Assembly (NCBI RefSeq): GCF_001194135.2
Contig: NC_068987.1
Span: 45,284,802 to 45,322,285, forward strand
Direction: 5' to 3'
Length of the DNA stretch: 37,484 nucleotides
DNA from: Octopus bimaculoides
Lineage: Eukaryota
Part shown: positions 32,511 to 37,484 of the stretch, piece by piece
Layout of the letters: every line of letters begins with the position of its first letter
How positions within the stretch are numbered: position 1 is the stretch's first letter
Translations under genes and position numbers: made by a program
The notes under the pieces: model-generated
The model's database searches: none
What the model was told of the DNA's origin: nothing
The model's input: only the letters and a program-made list of their open reading frames with translations

Positions 32511-33199
32511 TCATATATATATATATATATATATATAACGTTTAAAACCCCCACAGAGACAGGAAACCTAACACCAAATATTTCTGCGAACACAACACGT
32601 TTTTAACAAGTTATTTCGTCTCAAAACTATCAGTGGAAAAGCTTTTGTCTCTCAGAATTTTGCCAATATTCTTACGTGAATTATATTTCCTTTAATTTCA
32701 CTTTCTCACTCTTTCTAGAAAAGTTGTCCAATACCAACCGGCATGTGCCAAATTATGAGTATATGTGTGTGTTGATATTTCTTACGTGTGCTTATATTTT
32801 ATTTTAAATGAAGGCTTAACACAATATTTCAGAAACATTGATTCTTATTGTACACAAACACAAGAAATTAACACAATACTAATAATGATTCTGTTGCAGA
32901 ATTGTCCAGTTTTCAAAAGAAAAATTTACCTCCTGAAGAATACAACAGATTTAGAATAGCACTAAACGTGATTATTATGATGTTTTATAAAATTAATAAT
33001 ACTGATCTTAACTATAGAATCAAACGCTTTTATTTTAAAGCATTCTTCTCTCTGAAATCACTTCTAATTGTCCTTTGACAATTCTAGAAGGTGGCTTGAA
33101 TAAGTTAACAAGTAAAAAAAACTCAGATTTATTGAGCTTTAACAGCATTTGTTAAAGTAAAATGACTTTAAACGAAAATCGAAACTGCGAAGTACTCTG

Positions 33200-33500
33200 A
33201 CGTGTGTGCGCGCGTGTATAGCTTCATTTGGTTGTGCATTTCGTGTCTACTTCCTATCGTATGTCAGTTGACTTAACCGGACCGTAGGTTTACCAGCGTT
33301 ATCTCCCTTGAGCCTGGTCTGTTGCAGCGTATATCACAGTACGACCAGATTATCAGATGATGTTATAAACCGTTGGTCACAATGTACTTCCAATTTTGTT
33401 TTCGTTGTGCCCTTCTTCTCCATCTTGACTCGAGTTGCTTGACTAAATCGTCTTCCCATCGTCGTAGGGGGCCTTCCATGTGGCCTTTTGCGTCATATAT
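33200..33500 (-). mobile_element. LINE 3' end (RTE-like ORF2 C-terminus and UTR)
   Basis: Minus strand GRPLRRWEDDLVKQLESRWRRRAQRKQNWKYIVTNGL*, the GRP..RW.D terminal motif. Confidence 0.6.
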
Positions 33501-34119
33501 AAATGTGTTTGTGTGTAATCAGTAATATACTGTAGTCATGTTAATAAATCTCTTCCAGAAAGATCTACCAGAAAACCTATTTTTACATTTACGTTTGAGA
33601 AATACATGCCACCCGCTTCCATAGTTAAGGCTTTATATTTGTGTCAGAAGATATCAACAATAACTCGTACTAACAACAGACTCAATAGACAATATCGTTT
33701 TCCATTAAGAATCCTCATCGTACTAGTAATGTTTAATATTAAACATTACAAAATGCAAACACCTCTACAAACAAAACTACCCAATTATTTAAGATCATCT
33801 TACAACTTCATTTCCCAGCTGGCTAGATCTCACCATCTATATAATGGCTTCTCATTAACTCTAAGAACCAAGTTTCCCTCCATAATGGAGGTCTGTTCTA
33901 ATGTGTAAGGTAGGGCACTTCAGTCTGTGATTGGTATTTTAAATACATTCAGGAAAAGACTTCACCAAATACTCCGTAACTGAAAATGTTAACTTGTTGG
34001 TCCCCAGAAATAAAGTTACATTTTCTCTTCTATGACTGTTATGCAGAGACTGTTGGTGTCATCCAACATTTTGAAAACCATTTTTTAAAAAATTTGCCAT
34101 TCTTTCTAATCACTTATGC

Positions 34120-34258
34120 CAGTGGTTCTTAACCCAGATGATAGCACCATTTTTGTGGGCATTGTGAGCCCACTCTTGGGAGTGCTGTGAGATCACAAGT
34201 AGTAGAACTCTCTTGTGGATGTAGTGAGCTCAAAGGATGTTGTGCGTGGGAAGCACTG
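34120..34258. mobile_element. Possible short hAT-type MITE
   Basis: cagtggttcttaacc ... gggaagcactg termini; no matching 8-bp TSD. Confidence 0.3.
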
Positions 34259-35139
34259 GGTATTTAGAAGGACTGATTTTTCTTAGAAATAAAACATTTA
34301 AACCAAATATAATATTTATATTTTAAACACATCAAAAAAGAATTTATCAGGATTAGGATACAAGTTGGACAGTGAAAAGAAAATGGGATGCGATTGTATA
34401 ATATGGATAAACTACTGCACAAAATGAACTTTTGCTTTATTAAAATAATTTTTCTTTCAAAACTTGTGAAAGAATATTTGTATAATCCCATTCAATGAAA
34501 GGGTGGGAGCAGGAGCTGAAGTACAAAAGCTTGAAAATCACTAGTCTATGGCTGTATTCACTCAAATATCACTTGAATATATTACATATCTTTCATTTCA
34601 AAGATTGTTCTCATGTATTCTTATTACTGTGGCCCCTAAAATTCTTCAGAATCCAAATTAACTGCAGAATTACCATTAATACTCTCTACAGTTCCAGTTT
34701 TAAAATGGCTCCTGCAAATTACATGAGTATTCTTCTTTAGACACATCATTAATAGAAACAAAGAAGTCCTTATGTATTGATGTTAATTGAATACATTGTT
34801 AAATGTCTCGTTAATTTTTCTAAATTATTAAAGAACAGAAAATGTTTTTATGTTGTGTTCATTACTTTCTTTTTAAGAATTACTCACACGTTTTCCATAT
34901 GAACATAGCTGAGCTATTCTACTTATGTCATGCACCTGTTGCCTAATTGTGTAAGGATGGGTAATTTCTGCAAGGATACCATTTACTCATATTGAGATAG
35001 CCCCCACAAGGTCAGTTGACCTGCTAGAAATAGCACATAAGTCTTTAAATCAATCCTTGTCATTTTAAATAAGGATGGATACATTTGATTATGTAATTTG
35101 TGATATATTATCTGGACAGAGTTCAGCGAGCTCCTACCA

Positions 35140-35905
35140 TGTGCTGAGTAATGTGGGTAATGTTCAGAGAGCTACCTATGTTGGTAAGGGCCTCTCCCTC
35201 AGAGTGAAAGGCAAATTGTATCCTGCCTGTGTAGATACAGTTATGTTACATGGCATTGAAGCATGGGCTATGATGACACAACTTGTGAAGGCTTGAAAGA
35301 AATTAACCTAGCATGCTCCTCTGGGTGGGTAATGTTTGTGTGCACACACATGACAAAGGGTAAAGGATTTAAGAGGAAAACTGCATATAAGAGGCATCAG
35401 ATGTAATGTGCAAGAGAGAAGACTGCTGGTTTGGCCATGTGATGCATATGAATCAGGACAGCTGCTTTAAGAAGTGCTGATCTCTAATTGTGGAGGGAAC
35501 GTATGAAAGGGGTAGACCCAAGAAGACATGGGATGAAGTGGTGAGAAAGGATCTTCTGATGCTGGGCCTCACTGAGGAAATGATGAGACTGGGAGGTGTG
35601 GCTCTTTGCTGTACTTAAGACCCATCAAGCTAAGGAAAATCATGGATTCCATACATATAGGTATGTCCTTTGCAGGTGCTGGTGCCTCATAATATGCATC
35701 TGTGCTGGCGCTACCTAAATATACCTGTGCTGCTGGCCAGTAAAAAACACCCAGCATCCTCTGTAAAGTGGTTGGCATTAGGAAAGACATCCAGTCATAA
35801 AAAACCATGCCAAAACAGACAGTTGCAGTCTGGACGGCTTCTTTAAATCATCTAACCCTGCCAGCAGGGAAAATGGACATTAAACGATGATGATGACGAT
35901 GATGG
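35140..35905 (+). mobile_element. Decayed RTE LINE 3' end with tail
   Basis: GLSLRVKGKLYPACVDTVMLHGIEAWA, ERRL..FGHV, GRPKKTWDEVVRKDL, then 3' UTR and ggcattaggaaagacatccag...ggacattaaacgatgatgatgac. Confidence 0.85.
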
Positions 35906-36639
35906 TCATGGCTGAAATGCCTAGGTTTGCTTAATTATTTTTTTTGTGGACATGAGGCAGTCACGTAAGCTATTTGTTGAAAAGTGTGGGCAGCTGAAGA
36001 ACCTTGCAGAAATAAGTGTTTGTCAAGGCTTTTACATGCTGACAGCTTTTCTATTTTGTGGAATCAGTTGAGAAGTAGTGGTGACTGGATAAAAAGGAAT
36101 ATAGACAATATAGTTTGAGCTGGAAAATCTGAAGATTAATTATACTAAGAGTAAAATACTGATTAGTATCTGGGGGTCATCAAGAGCTTAATACAAGAAG
36201 AGATTAGATGGAGCTGATTATTAAGCTGTGCCTTGCCTTGAGAAAAAAAAAGATTGGATCCTATGCACTATAAATTTTTTCTGTAATCTGATCTGGATAT
36301 AACACAGCAATTATATATATGTAGTGGATCTTACAGGCATGAAATGGATTTGATCCACCATAGCCAAATTTAAATTAACACTGCAACAGAACTTTTCTCA
36401 CAGAGAACAATAGTTTTTCTGTGAGTGACAGCAGTTTTACATTTTCCAGATTGCCTTAGCCAGGCCGAAATAATGTCTTCACCACTTGACCCTTCTAACC
36501 TCTTATAGACCACCAAAAGCTAGAATTAAGATAACAAGTACCACCAGCTAAATCCCTTATTCTCATTGATATGTCTGTCCTTCTGAATAGTTATAAAAAA
36601 AAAGAACCCCCAAGCAAGAATCAGTTAGTCACTTGGTGA

Positions 36640-37242
36640 CAACTCGTGAGTTGCACCAGGGTCTCTGGTTTGTTGACATAAATGCTCTTTTTTGGGTATC
36701 CCCACAAGAAAAAATCCGGGCTAGTCAAGTCTGGGGAACATGAAGGCCAGTTGACATTGCTGTAGCAGGAGATTATTCTCTCTCCAAAGCACTGCTGTAC
36801 TAACTGCATTGTTTCTCTTCTTGCAGTATGAGCAGTTGCTCCATCTTGCTGGAACCATGTGTGAGGTCTACTTTGAATGGCCAGGTACAAAAAGGTTTCA
36901 ATCATATATACCTGAAAGAGAGGGTTTACGTCAACAAACTGGAGACCCTGGAGCAACTGAAGGAGAACATCAATAAAGAAATCAGAGGAGTGGAGCCTGA
37001 AACTCTTGGGGGTGTTATGGTGCAAGTTTTGGAAAGAGCACGGGCATGCAAAGCTGAAAGTGGCTGCCATTTAAGCGATGTCATTTTTCACATGTGATGT
37101 AGTGGTGCTGAAAAATTTGACTTGTGCATATTAATTTCTATTATGTCCTTAATATAGTATCAAAATTTCATGCATCTGTTTGTAAATTTAAAGAAGTTAT
37201 TAAAAATTGAAACCTGTCAGTTACTTTTAGGACACATTGTAT
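36640..37242. mobile_element. DD41D (rosa-like) Tc1/mariner pieces in opposite orientations, with a right TIR
   Basis: Minus 36890-36650: WFQQDGATAHT..ETM...WPSCSPDLTSPDFFLWGY..YVNKPETL. Plus 36900-37097: YLKERVYVNKLETLEQLKENI...GCHLSDVIFHM*. End cagttacttttaggacacattgtata. Confidence 0.75.
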
Positions 37243-37270
37243 ATATATATATAAAAATGTGTATATGTAT

Positions 37271-37484
37271 ATCATCATCGTTTAACGTCCGCTTTCCATG
37301 CTAGCATGGGTTGGACGATTTGACTGAGGACTGGTGAAACCGGATGGCAACACCAGGCTCCAGTCTGATTTGGCAGAGTTTCTACAGCTGGATGCCCTTC
37401 CTAACGCCAACCACTCAGAGAGTGTAGTGGGTGCTTTTACGTGTCACCCGCACGAAAACGGCCACGCTCGAAATGGTGTCTTTT
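37271..37484 (-). mobile_element. Young RTE 3' tail (runs off the window end)
   Basis: catcatcgtttaacgtccgctttccatgctagcatgggttggacg..., near-identical to 8722-8950 with CpGs retained. Confidence 0.85.

Noticed and set aside
32350-32538. 62-aa overlapping ORF in another frame within Churchill
   Set aside because: Alternate-frame by-product running into a TA repeat.

Overview
AT-rich, repeat-saturated eukaryotic genomic DNA with six assembly gaps. The SINE, RTE and microsatellite repertoire looks like an octopus (coleoid cephalopod) draft assembly; this is inference from repeat content. Only one host gene is supported: an uninterrupted 112-aa Churchill (CHURC1) zinc-binding protein at 32172-32510 (+). 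Nearly everything else is transposon-derived: seven Tc1/mariner copies from several lineages (one near-intact with 34-bp TIRs), several RTE LINE remnants, Hero-like (R2-superfamily) LINE pieces, Penelope-like pieces, at least four tRNA-derived SINE families, a 320-bp foldback element and many microsatellites. The most striking structure is a Gag/ORF1-only, L1/Tx1-like retroelement (29471-31131) sitting inside the tRNA-derived head of a SINE with a perfect 14-bp target-site duplication, a candidate SINE-targeting retroelement. Other notable items are an RTE nested in a Hero-like RT, a Penelope-type hammerhead-like motif in a SINE's TA tract, and CpG-biased decay of repeats. Family and subfamily assignments come from manual translation and recalled motifs, not from database searches. 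Coordinates of decayed repeats are approximate.
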